Translations under genes and position numbers: made by a program
The notes under the pieces: model-generated
What the model saw: only the letters and a program-made list of their open reading frames with translations
Told to the model about the DNA's origin: nothing
Database searches by the model: none
Shown: positions 1 through 15,600 of the stretch, in pieces
Layout of the letters: every line of letters begins with the position of its first letter
Position numbering within the stretch: position 1 is the first letter of the stretch
DNA from: Haliotis rufescens
Lineage: Eukaryota
Length of the DNA stretch: 64,000 bases
Direction of reading: 5' to 3'
Assembly (NCBI RefSeq): GCF_023055435.1
Contig: NW_025964223.1
Span: forward strand, 50,282,001-50,346,000

Positions 1-966
1 AACTCTGCACACACAATATGCAATATGAGTATCTACAGAAAAATGTCACTTTCTTTACATCGCTTGAGCATTAATGTGATGATCATGAAATATCTATATA
101 TTCCAGAAAATGGTTAGGAGTTTTTAGAAGATGAACTTATGATATTATCACATAGCTTGTTAAAATAAGGAGAAAACATTCTCGAGAGGTACTAAAAAGT
201 ACATATTCTAATATATTTACATACTTGATTATTTATTTTAACAAGGGTATAACTGTTAACAATATCAAATAATTGTGTGTATCAACATCCCCGCATGACG
301 GGTGTTGTTACACCTCACATTGCACTATAAACAATGGCACCATTTATCACTGGCTCAGGTTACAAATGTACAAATAAACAAGTAAATCTGATCAATGACA
401 CCTGCAGACAGACTTATACAAATTATCAAAATGTGTTCAAAATGTGTTTAAGATTGTACAAGTTATCAGATCACATCTGCGTAAACATAAATATTCCAAC
501 AAGTGTCACTTACTAGATTTACTTCAATCAAACATGCAACGCCAAAAACATTTTCAAGTCGTTTGCTGGGATTTGAATCACGGACCTTCTCATCTAAGGT
601 TGTAATCTTCGTTCACATGACCAAAGAGTTTAACCCTTTTGACAAGGTAAGGGTTGCCATATGTGGGCTGACTCCACACCCTGCTTCATTATGCTGTTAC
701 TGAATGCATCAGTATATTGCTAAGTTCCATTTCTGAATAGGATAAATAATTTATAATCTATTTGGTTTTTTCCCATGTTGCACCAGGCAATGAATCAATG
801 CGTCCCTGATTTGATTTTCATGACTTAAACACGTGGTCCCCCATAACAACATAAGAGAGGTTAAGACAAAGCCGTTCCAAGCATGATTTCATCAGCTCCA
901 TGTACAATAAGAATCCTGAGCTAAAGACTTGACTGCCTGTAACATACATTAATATGATTCTAATTA

Positions 967-1136
967 CAGTAAACTACGTTTATAACAAACACGCTTAACC
1001 CGAACTGACCGATATAACGAACTTAAGTTTTAGTCCCTGTCATTTGTTGTATATATGCTGTATATGCTTATAACGAACAATGGTTACAAACTATAACTGG
1101 TGGTCCCTTTGTGTTCGTTATAACCATAGTTTACTG
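967..1136. mobile_element. Tc1/mariner-type MITE (170 bp)
   Basis: Imperfect TIRs CAGTAAACTA(c/t)G(t/g)TTATAAC(a/g)AACAC at both ends, flanked by TA on each side. Confidence 0.75.
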
Positions 1137-3520
1137 TACTTGTGATACTTGCTGAGTTGGAGTCATGTGAAAAATCAAGGTGTTTCAATACAAATTTCAT
1201 TCTGAGAGATCGTATTTAGAGAATAGACAACACTGACCAGTAACAATAGATAACAGGCGCTAACCAGGCGACAGGTAGACAATGCTGACATGCATGGACA
1301 ACTGAAAGCAGCTAATTCCAGGAGCAAGTCAATATACATGAGCTTAATACGTTAACATAGTCGCAAATTTGACAACACGATTCACTAACTGTTCTGTTGA
1401 AGCTGCTGCTATTGCATTCAGCCAGACTTTATCTTGTACAATCATGGATTGAAAAGTTGAAATGCAAATAGGTTTCTAAGATGTTGGGTGAAAAAATGTA
1501 TATTTACATTTTGATTCATTTAGGGAGGAGGTGAACGTTGAGCACTTCGACAGAAATCCCCTCCATGAATCGACATGATGGACATGATGGACAGTACACA
1601 ACCTGACTAAAAGTACACAGCTGGTTCTTTTTGGTCCTACTCTTACTGAGATGAGAGTTGTATGAGATCAACACAAATCTGAAGAAAGTTTTGGACATTT
1701 AAGCCAACATTTTGTCCCACATGAGGTTCTCATATTAAAGTACACATATATACAACAAAGGTTCAATTGCGAGAAATCCACTCAAAATGATTCTACATGA
1801 TAGAAATATGTACAGATCTTAACTCACAGATGTGCCAGTTCCACGCAAATACCTGGTACCTTCACTCTTTGATTGACCCTAAGGGGCCGATCATTTGATA
1901 TTCTGGTGGGTATTTGGGATTTTGTATCGAGATTATATGTATATTTTTCAGCAACAGCTACAAAACCAGAGTATTTTTTAAAACTTTGACCCTGATTCCT
2001 GTAAAGAAAAAACCTTGCAACAATGTAATTTGTGTGGCAGGCAATTTTTTTTCAACAGTCCGAAGCCTGTTTACCCTTGTCAAGAATTAATGTGGACAAT
2101 GTCTTTTCTTCGACAAAATCCCAGTTACTACTGATAATATGTGGACAGATAAAGTTCAAGCAGTGTTCAAGTAGTAGAAATGGATAGACGAGAAATGTGA
2201 CGAGTATCGGATACATACAGCATCCGGAAATACAATGTATGCTGTGACTCTAATGGTGATTAGAGGTAAGGATATGTGAACCTCTGTTGTTCTTGAAAGA
2301 CTAGTTGATAGACTGGTGACAGTTTTCTCCACGATGTCTTATTGGCATTTCAGATATTAAGGGTTTTTTTAATTATTGATACACACGTTACCTAATACTG
2401 CTTTAAATGAGTAGCTGGTGGTACTTTTTCAACCAATATTCTATTCTATATTTGTCCTGATTTGTATTTTATGTCCTTTTATCATTCTAAAACTGAAAGT
2501 ATAATATATAGCTTTCACTCCATAAGAGGCGAAACACACTCATATTGAAATATTGATAAAAACTCAATGTTTACGTGTCATAGCATAAAGTATCACGTAA
2601 CAATATGGTTCAAAAGAACTAATATATCTTAAGCACTGTATTTCATTCATAACATATGTTGATAATAATTATCATGCATTGTGTCAATGTCGAACTGTGA
2701 GTCAGTGGTAAGATACATGCTTATCGAAGTCATACGTAAAATGTTCCCAATAAAGAAATTAGTTTCAATAATGAGACATTTGCTTTTCTGAGTGTAATAG
2801 ATTACTATAATTGTGTTTCCCTTTCGTATTTCTTTAAAAAAATGAAAATAATTGGAAAGTAAAAAGGGCGCCATGTTAACAGACGTGATGCACGTGTACA
2901 ATGTTTTCAGTATTGTTCGAAAATTATGCACATTTCACTTTTCGCTGACAAGCTAGGAATTTCAGAAGAACAAAGGAGTGTTGTTAGTTTCATCTTCGGA
3001 ACACTGCTGAAGATCTAAAACACAAGTTTACATAAATTGCCTTCTTCAGTTTGTCCATGTATGGACACTTCAATTGCACCTCATGATCATTAGTGAGAAT
3101 GAGAGTATTAAACACATGCACGATGGCCTATGGATATTTCTTATGATTATGGAATGGGTTTTAGCCAATGAACTGTAGTCATACTCATAACGTAATCAAC
3201 ACAAATCAGAATATGCATGTATCTTTATGATATCTAGGCTAACACTTCTCATATTAAAGTACATGCAACAAAATACACTGCATTGTTCAAATCTGCACTG
3301 CAGTAAATTGTTAAGATATTTCCAAATTTTGATAAAAGCTGATCAATGTTTCAAAATGAAATCTGGCTTTAAAATTGGGTAGCTAACTTCCGCCCAATAC
3401 ACAATATGTTTTTCCAACAATGTTTCGTTTGGCAAGTATTCAAATGTTTTCAAAACTGACAATCACCAAGAGAGATAATCCGGCAAAGGAGATCATCCAT
3501 ATTTGCCAGGGGAGGCAACT

Positions 3521-3694
3521 CTAAGTCTGCTGCTCCTCTTGGTCCTCGTCCTGCCTGTTGGTGTGTTTGGACAGTGTTGCACTGACTCGCAACATGCTCT
3601 CAATCTGGGACATCTGTTCTTGGAGTTCCTTCACGACTATCTTTATGTTCGTTATGTCCCCTTGTATTCTTTCCTGGCCCTTCTGAACCTCATT
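3521..3694 (-). CDS. TRPA1: TRPA1-like terminal coding exon 24 (coiled coil, stop)
   Basis: Acceptor ttcttcctcag, heptad pattern, TAG at 3521. Confidence 0.85.
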   Translation of the reverse strand, partial: NEVQKGQERIQGDITNIKIVVKELQEQMSQIESMLRVSATLSKHTNRQDEDQEEQQT

Positions 3695-6600
3695 CTGAGG
3701 AAGAATATTCACATGTCATGAATCAACCATCTTTCAGCATGCCTCATTATTTATAATTTCAGTCAGAATGTAACGTAAGATTATAAGGGCCTTTACAAGC
3801 AGATAAAACAGTTCATGTAAATTAGGTTAATTGTTTTCAAAACATTTATTCCCCTGTCAATGTTTTTCCCCAGATGCGGTAATGAAATGCAAGGAGGGCT
3901 CTGAACCTACTTTACTCAACAGGGAAACACGACAGCTCTCTCTCTCTCTCTACTCACCAGCTCTGGATTGAGAGCCTTCTGAATGGCCTGAGCAGACCTG
4001 GAATGCTGGTAGTTCAACAGCCTCCGAAATGGGTTACCAAGCCACTTGTTTGGTGTCAACGTTCTGCATCGGATGTACGTCTTCCGCCTAATGAAGTCGG
4101 GCAGGGATTTTTCTACGTCCAATGCCAAGTCAACCTACAGAAAGAATACAGAATCAGTTGTATTATATCCATCTGACAGACCACGATGACAACTTCACGT
4201 GAATAAAAGGCATGGCCCTTCTGTTTCATATTGCGACACACAGATACATATAATAATTCAGATTATTTAAAACAAGTTGACGGAAGTCTGTAAATAAATT
4301 AGTCTGGATCAGACAATCTAGTGATGACACACAATAAACCAAGTCACCGAACCCATGACCACACGATCCACCAAGTCGCCTGGTCAGCCATCGGAGACCT
4401 TACCAACGTAACATAAAGTACCCAGTTCTGTCAGAATGTCCCAATACCTATTATGAAGGTATCAAGAGTCAATGGATTCGGACTATATCACGATATCATG
4501 TTTGTGAATCACTTTCCAATAGTGATGATACGAGATGTTTAGTGCAGAAGTATTAGTTGTAAACAAAAACACAGCATGTATCAATGTATCTATTCACATT
4601 ATCTAAGAGATACATCGAGAGAGGACTGTATGGATTCTCACTGTAGGAAGAGGTCGCAATTAAGCTAGGATGTTGCTCATACTATAAATCACTAGGACCA
4701 GGCTAAATTATTTACAGGTCGTTGTGATGTAGCTGGAATATTGTTGACTGCTGCGTTAACAACTAACAAACAAACAGTGGAACAAATGTTTTATTTTCCA
4801 GTATTGCTATGTTCATTCTTGAAATGGCTAATCCACCTCATTGCCGATATATGCCACCTACCTGCATAGCCATTATTTTGAGGGCAGCCTGACCCTGCAC
4901 AGACTGGATATCATCTACAGCTAAACCAACCTGGGAGGGACAGACAGACATGTAACTGTATAGAGGGAAGTTTGTTTATTTCGTTGAGTGGTCTGACAGA
5001 ACTGTGAACAGGTATTTTCACATTCTGCGACATTAAGAGACAAATTATCTACTTTGCCAGGCCACACGATGATAACTTGTTATATGACAAGTATAACCAA
5101 ACATATATTCTTTTTAAATTACTACATATGTTTTAGTGTCTCCAACCTAATGTCTGATATTTCGGCGGCGTCATGTTTATTGACGTTAACGTCGTGGTGA
5201 CAACTGAATGTTTTTTAAGGAGTGACAAAAAACTTCATTGTCATTCCCTCAGAAAATCTTGGCATTCCTAACAAGTTTGGAATACACAATTTTATTCTGC
5301 TAAGAAGGACTGGGATGAATGATCAGATTAGCTACAAAAGGATTAGCTACAGAGGAATGTATTAAAGCTGCCTACTGCCTGAATGCAATGTCACAACTAT
5401 CAATTTTTCTCTCATGTGAGAGGTTTTACATGTGTGCGGTATTCGTTAAATCCGTCTCGTAAGTGTTGCAATTAAAAGTATTGTATGCACAGTTATAAAT
5501 ATGGCGCTGAACATGAAAAGCATTTCGCGGAATACAAAAATAAACTGCTTAATAGTTTTATTAATTCGGGTTTCAATGTTTAAGAGTCGATGGATCTCTA
5601 AACAATTTCTATCAAAATCCATAAATCTGTTCTTTCCATCAAGTTGTACAAGAACCTAGCAATAACCATTTGATAAAACCTTAATCATAGCCATTTGAGT
5701 TATTGCCATGTTTTACTCACGAGCAAGTTCATGGCGATGATTGACATGAGGATGAGGAAGATAACGAAGAGAAGATAGGAAGCTTCAGGAAAGAAGACTC
5801 GATCACTTTTGTCTGCTGCCTCAACTGATGTTGCCTTCCATTGCTCATTGAATATGGAATTAAAATCAATCTCGCCCATCATCATGACTCCTGTTTTGAT
5901 CATTGCACTCGGGACATTTTGGAACGCAATCTGAAACGACATTCAACATCATTAATAGTATTTTAAAATTTGCTTTGCAATTCTCAGCTTTGATACAATG
6001 TAGGATAGATTATTTGCCAACCTGATTCTGGAACAAGGTGTAGAAGCCGAGTGAGAAGGCGACGATGAAGAGGAAGAAGACGACGAAGACCTGAATGACG
6101 GTGACGAAGACCTCTGTAAACATGACGATGAAGATACCAAACATGGGGTACTTCTGCATGAACAGCGCCAGCACCATCCACGCCAGGAACACAGACACAG
6201 CCCCCAAGGACCACTGCCAGTCCTAGAAACAAAAAGTCAGCTCTTGTTGTGAAGAAAAAACATGTGCTTGTTGCAGGCTCATGACAGTTGCCACATCATG
6301 TCAGAACGTGGACTTGGCAGCTAATGATTTCAATTCCGCTACTTGTGACTGCCAAAATTCATCATACTTCTACTAACCTGTTGGTCTTATAATCACAGGT
6401 AACTTTTCCTTTGTTGACAATAACAACCTTTGTCATTTATTCAAATATGAACCAATATCACGAGCAGCTCCTAAACATTGGGCTCACGTTTTAATAATCA
6501 TCATGGATGCTGTCGAAGCATATGCCAAAAATTGGCCCAAAAGAAAAGATTAATCGGTTGAATGTCTTTCGGAGTAGATTAAGTCAGTGCGTGATGTTGT

Positions 6601-9600
6601 CATTGGTAGAATTCACAACTCGAAAAAGAGGAAACAGAGCTGGAATAAACCCATTCTGTCCCAGCCAACTTTCATCCAAAGTCTGGGATGCCCTACATGA
6701 AAAAATTGTGGTTATTCCCACTGACAAGGCCTCAAATAACATAACCTTTATATGAGCATCACTACATTTAATGTTTGTATAAAAGATTTTGGTGTAAGTG
6801 ACTTGTCACATGATGCCACATACAAGGACAGTAACTATGAGGTCAGAATGTTAACTGAGGAAGAAATCTGCCAAAACCACGCATCAGTACTATCAACTCT
6901 TAAACCTGAACACGTGTCCATTCCTCTTTTGTTCTGGATTCCAAAGCTCCATACAATTTCCACTGAATTACCCACCTGGACTAGAAATAAAAGACACAGG
7001 TGAATGCAACTCATCTGTTTCATATTTAGACCTATGCATTAATACTCAAAATGACAACAAGAAAAAACTCTCCACAAAACGAAGGATGACTTCAACGTTC
7101 CAATAGCCAACCATTCCTTTATGTCGAGCAATATTCCAGCAGCTTCGGCCTTTGGTGCCTATATTTCACAAAATTTGAGGTACAATCGAGCATGCTCTTT
7201 CTACGAAGATTTCAAAGAGTGTCATAAGACTCTTGCTCTCGAAGTTGTTTTAAAAAGGTTACAGCATTCAAGGCCTTTGTAAAGCTTTCAAAATGTTTTA
7301 TGGTAGACATGTGGAGAACCTTTCCAAATTTGACGCATCAGTGACGAAAATGATATCCGATGCAATTCCCTATTATGACTTGTACCATATGTTCCCGTGG
7401 TTTTTTTTCGGGCGAACAATTGACTACCCTTGCATGTGTTTATGATGGGTGACACCAGTGTGGCAGGATATGCTCTCGATTTGCGAATACTTGGTATCAT
7501 CCCTAATTGATAGTGATTCATAAACACATGCTTATGACATAGTTGGAATCGTATAATGGACTCTGCTATTGGTAGATATTTCTTTTGAATATGGAAATGG
7601 GTTTTGTCACGTTTTCATTATTTGAACAGTTTTGCGGTCATATCACTGCCTGTTGTTTAGTCTTGGAGGAAAGCCAGAAGTGATGCAGGTCTTAGACGTT
7701 TTCAAATTTGGTGACACCCATGATAAGATGCCGACAAGCTTGGATATGATGCTGACAAGCACAGAATCACAATCAGGCGAATGTGAGATTTAAACCCAAG
7801 ATGTTAGGAATCTGGCAGGCCCAGGGACTAATGTTTGCACTGCGTATTTGTGTACTGTAGATGTCTAGGTCAACCATACCCCCAGATCTTACATAACACG
7901 AACTCCTACAATGACATCCTCATCCTCACCAATCTGAAGCCTGTTTCCTTCTGACAGTCATTGAAGTCAATAACGAGGAGTAGAGCTGAGACATAAGTAA
8001 TCCACTCAATCAGATTCGTCCAGCTGAAGTACGACAGCTTGGCTTGATAGATTTGTAGCAGCTGAAACAAATATTCTTACATTGTATATATGGGATTTCA
8101 TAAGACACACAGAATGTATTGACAGAGATAATTCAAGTGAATATTTCCAAGAAAAGGTCACAAGTGAAAGTATGGCGAGTTTCAGGTTGATGTGAAGTAC
8201 GTGTGATTATGATGTAGCCAAATTATTGGACCTGGAGACCCATTAAAAGTGGATGGTTAATCGGTGATGGTGGGGGTGACTTATGCTTTCATTTATGACA
8301 AATTGTCATGAACCCCTGAATAAAGAGATGCAAACATATATCTGAGGGATATTGGGATTCGTTGTCAAACCAATCCAGGGAATGAAGGACAAATTCAGGA
8401 AAGATCCAACATAACTTCACCTCTTTCAACAAGTGTAAGACAGCTAATACCATGATGACATTTTTAGCTCTGACAGCAATTAAAAGTTGTGGATAGACTG
8501 TAGTCAGCTGGTCACATGATCCCGAGGAAATGGCAGCGGCATCAGTGTTATTACTGAAACATAAAAATAACCACCTTGGTCAATGTAGAGAAGGGGCCAC
8601 TTCATCACATGAATAATGACAGGTCCTATTTTCTGTTTATGTTTTGTTATACATCATAATAAATGCTATGACCACAAGCTCCCGCGGTAACACATCAAAC
8701 ACAATGTACATAGCAGGTGGTAAGTATTTACTTATTTACCATACAGACGTTCCGTTTTCACAAGCGTACTAAGCGTGAAGTTAGTTTTGTCCCAAAATAC
8801 TGATTGTTTCAGGATTATTGGAGTACAGTTTTCAAATGGTAGATTGATGGGGGAAAAGAGACTGACAATGGCGCTGTATGATCAGGAACCTTCCAGTCCA
8901 GGGATTCAGACTAGTTCCCATTTGTTTTAAATGACTGATCATTGTCTGAAATGTCCTAAAGATTATTTCAAACTAAATTATAATATTGAAGAATTTCCTA
9001 TGTAAACGTTTTAACATCCAATCACTGCTAGTCACAGATAGATTGCTCTAATATATGCTCCATGAATGGGCCAAACTTTCATTTCCAATATGGCTTCTGT
9101 AATAGCTTGTTTCCAAACACTAACTTAGAACATGGTGGTGGGGAGTGCCAGTACCTGTTTGTTTTTTATTTAATGCCAGTCAGCAATATATCAGCTTCAT
9201 AGAACACCAGCCTGTAGATAATCTAGTTTTGGGTATGGTTAAACGAGGATACTATGGGGTAATGCACTTACAAGTTATATGGTGGTCGGGTCAACACGAT
9301 GTATACCGTAAGGAACGTCAGGAACACCAGGTAGAAGAGAAAGGAGAGGTAGTACAAGACACTGCCGAATGTGTTCCACTTGTGATTCAACACGGACACG
9401 ACGAGAGGATGAGCCAGCAGGCCCTTTCGACTCAAAGTCACCTGCAGAGTCAACAACAACACTGTAATCTATCTAACCCAAGTTTCACCCCGCCCAGTGG
9501 TACATTCATCCCCGTCCAGTGGTACATTCATCCCCGCCCAGTGGTACATTCATCCCCGTCCAGTGGTACATTCATCCCCGCCCAGTGGTACTTTCATCCC

Positions 9601-12600
9601 CGCCCAGTGGTTCCTTCATCCCTGTCCAATGGTACATTCATCCCCGCCCAGTGGTACTTTCATCCCCGCCCAGTGGTTCCTTCATCCCTGTCCAATGGTA
9701 CATTCATCCCCATTCCGTGGTACATTCATCCCCGTCCAGTGGTACATTCATCCCCGCCCAGTGGTACATTCATCCCAATTCAGTGGTACATTCATCACAT
9801 TCTGAGGGTCATTCATCACAATTTAGTGCATCATTCATCACCAATCAGTGGGACGTTCATCACTATTCAGTTGGTTATTCGTGGCCATTCAGGGGTACTT
9901 TCATTTTCATTCAGTGGATCATTCATTACCATTCAGTGGTACTTTCATCCCCGCCCAGTGGTTCCTTCATCCCTGTCCAATGGTACATTCATCCCCATTC
10001 CGTGGTACATTCATCCCCGTCCAGTGGTACATTCATCCCCGCCTAGTGGTACATTCATCCCCGCCCAGTTGTGCATTCATCCCCATGCAGTGGTACATTC
10101 ATCACATTCTGAGGGTCATTCATCACAATTTAGTGCATCATTCATCACCAATCAGTGGGACGTTCATCACTATTCAGTTGGTTATTCGTGGCCATTCAGG
10201 GGTACTTTCATTTTCATTCAGTGGATCATTCATTACCATTCAGTGGTACATTCATCCCCGTCCAGTGGTACATTCATCCCCGTCCATTGGTACATTCATC
10301 CCCGCCCAGTGGTACATTCATTCCGATTCAGTGGTACATTCATCCCCATTCTGTTGGTCATTCATCACCATTCAGTGGTACATTCATCGCCTTTCAGTGG
10401 TACATTCATCACAGTTGAGGGGAACTTTTATCAACACACCTGTTTACTCTACCTACCATTATCATGAGGGGGTGGTTCATCTTGAGTTTGTTGGAGTCTG
10501 ACGTGTACGGCTTGACATTTGTCAGTAACCTTCCGAATTCATCAAACGTCCCATAATCTAAAAAATATTTTCTTTTATTAAGAATTGCACAAATTGAACC
10601 AAACAATTATGCCGTTTTCACAAATATTATACTATGTCTTTAACATACATTTTTACCTTGATTCAGATTCCCAATCAGTTGAAAATATCTCACATTATCC
10701 CCATTCCCTAGAAAGCCAAGTAATTCACGATTATAGACCGGTAGCCCTCGTCAATCACAATGAAATGTTTTGAACGCATTGTTAAGCAGTTCTTACTCCT
10801 TGACGTCAGAGGCAAGTTTGACCCGCTTCAGTTTGATTACAGGTCAAAGCGGGACGTAGAACATGCAACAATAAGCCTCCTGAGCAGAATATATGAACTT
10901 TCAGAAACACCCAAATTCTATGCACGTGTACTTTTTGTAGATTTTTCATCTGCTTTTTATAAAATACAGCTACATTTAATGATTCAAAAACTTTTAGATC
11001 TTTCTGCAAATAGGTTTATCATTAAATGGATTGCCAGTTTTCTCCGAAAAAGAACTCAGCTTGTCATTGTTAATCATTGTCCATTCCACATGAAGCATAT
11101 CAGCACTGGAGCCCCAAAAGGCTGTGTCCGGTCACCTGTTTTATTCACTATCTACTCCAATGACTGCAAAAGTACCCATGCCTACTGTTCCACTGTCAAG
11201 TTTGCAGACGACGCTGCACTTGTTGCTCTACTCACCGACTCAGAAACTGCTTTGGTACCACTTACCTTTCTTTATGAAGACGGTGTTTTGAAACTTGCCA
11301 GCAAAATTGTGAATGATTCGATGCAAGATCTGAATCATTACTTCACATATCTCCCTTCATGTTAACATCTTAAGTACTAATCTTCTAATCTGGTTTCTGG
11401 CCACTATTTTAAAGAAGTCCTGCACTTTGATTCATAAGTAGCTTTTCAATATTTTATTACCCAATTATACCTTGTCAAAGCATAGTGCTATTGTCGTTTT
11501 AAAGTCATTCACATCTTGTTGCATTACATGTTAACCTGCCTTTGTGTCTGTATTAATGTTACATTATCTTTACGTCTGTTCCAAATGTATACCAAATTTT
11601 GAAAAATCCGCAGTGATTAATTAGAAATTCTTCTCTGGGGTGACTCTTTGAATTAAACTTCTTATATTCTATACTGTGACAGACCTGCATAAATAGTGAT
11701 ATTTATGAAAAGATTAAGAAAAACAACAACAAAGTGTCAATATCATCGAATATCCCTGCTCGTGCACTGACCTACTTCCAGCATCATTGCAGGTACCACG
11801 CCAACTGCGGCAGCACATCCGAAAGTCAAATAGTTTCTCCTACCCATTCAAATGTAAACCTTGTGAGGTACTCAAGACATGGTATGAGAGGAGGCTGGGC
11901 GGGCCACATCCCAGAGGAGAATTATCCCCAATTACTGTTGAATTTTCAATGTAATTTTTGCATATATTTTTCATCGCTCATTGTATAATCCCCTGATTCC
12001 CATAGAGTCTTCTCTGATGGTGGTGGGGCATGCCTTATCTATTCAATGAGCTGTGTGATGTCCTTGTTACAATGAGCGAACCATGAACCAGTTTGGATCA
12101 TAGAGTTACTATTGTAAGGAAGACAAAATAAACTTGGCTCCCAACTTTGAAACACGTGTTGTCTGCACCAATATTCCCGGATAGCTCAGTCCATTACAAA
12201 TGAGGGGATGGACGGAATTTGAAATCTTTACCTGTTAACCAGCTTCAGTGCACTGTAGTGGACTTTTGTATTTGGGTACTTGTGTGTCAGGACAAACAAC
12301 ACATGAAATGTGGGTTAATGAATCAAGGGTATGTAAGCAAAAGAAACCCGATGCAGCACTGTCTCGATGGAGGACCACTCAGCCAAAGTGAGCACGCTCA
12401 ACAGAGTGCGCGTGAAGTGCCTGATAAAGGAACTCGAATGGCGCCAAACAGCTAAAGAGCAGACCTTTTAGATTAGCAGCTTTGCAGTGAAAGCTGTAGA
12501 GGTCGCCACCCCTCTAACGGCATGGCCGTTTCATCGAAATCAGACTTGCATCCGTCCCAGGCTCTGGTTTGCTTGGTGGCAAGATTCAAGGGGATTGTTT

Positions 12601-15600
12601 TGGGAAAGGGAAGTTACCAACCACCTGGCTCACATACTGAAACCCAGGCCAATCCTCGGGCGCCTGTGAGTCGGTAAGGGAAAGATGGCACACAGAATTA
12701 AAGTAGGCCCTGTATACAGGAACCCAGAGCTGTTGGGCTTGGAGAATAAAGGATTCCTCCAGGCTTTTATCGCGACTCAACAGGTAGGCGAACTTCAGTT
12801 GACCAAGATAAAGGCTGAGGACCCAAAGTGCCCTCAATGTGCCTCATTATACGTCTACGACACAACTGAGGAATCCGACTGAGCCAGAGCCTCCCCCTCC
12901 GACACTTGCGGATGATCTTACTCGATCTACGCAAGGTGTAACTCCTCCAATGATATTTCTAGCATCGATGTAAAGTAAATGAACAGCTTGTCTTAACGTG
13001 TTGTGAAAGTGGGTAGACAGGAACATTGTGCCTCCTGATGACAAGGTGGTGATTATTTGTGATTCGTACCACTCTCATGGTCACGCTATCTGCTAGGTTT
13101 GTCTTAACAGGCATAGCAAAACCAAAAATAGTCAACATGTCGTTTGGGATCTTTCTGAATAGCATGTACAGTTGCCATATTTGACTGACTGTGAAGTTTG
13201 GTTACACTCCGTATGACTAACATACGATAGCTGCAAAATGTTATGTCTAATTTTTCATCGGCACACAGTGATTTAAGAGACGTAACACACCTGAATTTGA
13301 TCCAGTTTCACTTGAGGTCTCTGGTTTTGAGGCCAGCCAATTTGCATATACATCATCCAGGAACTCATAGTTGAACGTGATTTCATAGCCGGGTCGCTCT
13401 GGGTTCTTCTGAGCTCCATAGCTCAGGCAGCGATCAAACACTCGCTTTGCCACATCTGGTTAATGAGAAATAATTGCTGATTAACCCGTATAGACACTAA
13501 TAAAATGATACATCTCTGGATAGTGCTATGTTGCAGTGTATTTTGTAACTATATTTCCGATTACTGTAAGTGGCAGCAAATTGATTGAGGCGCTCGTACA
13601 ATGTTGAGTTATGGTAGTGAACTTGATTTAGAGTGACCTCTCTTGGTTGTGTACAGTAAAAACTCCGTCCAAGTACGTGACACCTTTGTTAACCTCCCGG
13701 AATAGAGAGCTCGACTGTGAATGCATACGATTCAAGGCGGCATTTTTATCTAAAAGTGCGAGACGAGGGCGATTCGAGGCCTTCATTCCACAACCTTGGA
13801 CTTATCTACTTGCCCTGTACGGATGGGATACCTATCGGGACACTCCGACTGTTCTGCCTGCTTCGGAGCACATGCTTCATTCAAGACATTCAACTGTGAC
13901 AAATTTTGGACATTCGTGAGTGCACTGTCTTGTGTAGTAGGGCATATTTTTAATTGCTGCAGCTGCATTTTTTTGTTTTTGACCCATTGTATTGCCTTTT
14001 CTGATTGTAAACCTATTCCTGTGTATTTTAATTCGTGGATTGTTCATTGATCTTGTGTGTCTATTTACTGATTTAGTTCTGTAGATACTGATTTCTTGGT
14101 TAACCTTCGTGTTTCGATTTGGGAATCAGCACGTAACAGTTGAGAGATAGACCCCACTAACACCACGCCACAAACCTGCTTTGGTGAATTAAAGCCGACC
14201 CTTTATTTTGTGATCAAATATACAACTGAAAAATGAGGTTCAAAGATGAAACCTTATAACCAATCTCATCGACATGAACCAAAGGTCATTGAACAAGTCA
14301 GTCCGCCACTACCTAGCATTTGTAACAGGATCTATTATTCTGGTGATTGAATATTGGGTACGACAATGTAGGAGACTGCTTTAATGATCAGCTGATAGAG
14401 TCGAACCTGGCATCTTCCTGATGAGCTTCCTCATCGGTGTGTCTAGATGTCCTGTGTTCAGGTTCAGTGATGAGTGTCGCAACGCATCCTTCCAAACTTC
14501 AGAGTTGATAATCACCATGGCAACATCACTGTCATGAAAACACATGAACACATATCAGTGAACTTGACGTTAGTGAGGGCTGTAACTATTCACCGACCGT
14601 TCATTGCATCACTGCATCGTTAAGCATTGTTATACCATGCCTCCTTTGTCTTTGACCGGACATTAACTAATTCAGTTGTTATTTAAGCACCATGTGGCAA
14701 TGACGGAACTTCTTTTTTCCCCCTATCATTTCCCTTGATGATAGAACAATTCACGAAAAACGTGTGTCGCCAGCAGGATTCGGACCTGGGAAGTCCCCAC
14801 CGAAGGCTAACGAATCATGGAAGAAATGTTATGACATTAACAACTAAATTATCTGCCGGGGAAAGGAAACTATACACATGTCTTTCTATTAATTGGCTTA
14901 GTTATTCAAGATTTCACTAAGAATAGGTTACCATATTGCATGTGACAATATTATCTACGTATTAACAATTTATAACAATGTGAGTTACTGTCACAATAAT
15001 TATGTTTTATGTTATGGTTGGCATGAAAATTTATTTTTATTTTGATAATCGTGATAAAACAAAACCTTCAAAATTAAATAACTTGAACTCACTTGTTGTG
15101 GTTTTCAATGGCGATACTAAGACTGTTTAGACCCTCGGAGTCCGGCAACGTGACATTTGCACCCCATTTAAGGAGGAGGCTTACTACCGCGGCGTGACCA
15201 TTGCGACTTGCAAGATGAAGTGGAGTGGTCTGCAGTAAATGTGCAGAGTGATTGAGTGCTGGCATATGCCGGCAGGCACACCATAAATGGCATCCGCAAT
15301 AGTATACCTATGTTTGTTTTCTATTTGATGTCTATAACAGTGAATGTGTCACTTTAATACCCTATAAGCAACAATGCTTGGAACATGTTGGTACTTCATC
15401 TACGATCATGTTAGGCATTTCTTACGACTGAGGCAGTGTTCTCCACTTTGATGGCAATGCTTACAAAATCATTTCTTGAAACTGATTCATTGATTACATC
15501 CTTAACTTGGAATCTAAACTATGTTATATCCATTTTCGCAGTATATCCCTGTGCGCGCCAATACTGCACTGCCACACTCTCGACAGAAAAGTAATTAAAA

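Noticed and set aside
9145-10501. 440-aa and overlapping plus-strand ORFs
   Set aside because: Translation of the 22-bp minisatellite and the antisense of TRPA1 exons.
12560-12900. Possible decayed retroelement coding fragment
   Set aside because: GC-richer and coding-like, but no diagnostic motif could be read.
13640-14140. Possible solo LTR ending in GTAACA
   Set aside because: No matching 5' end, TSD or second copy in the window.
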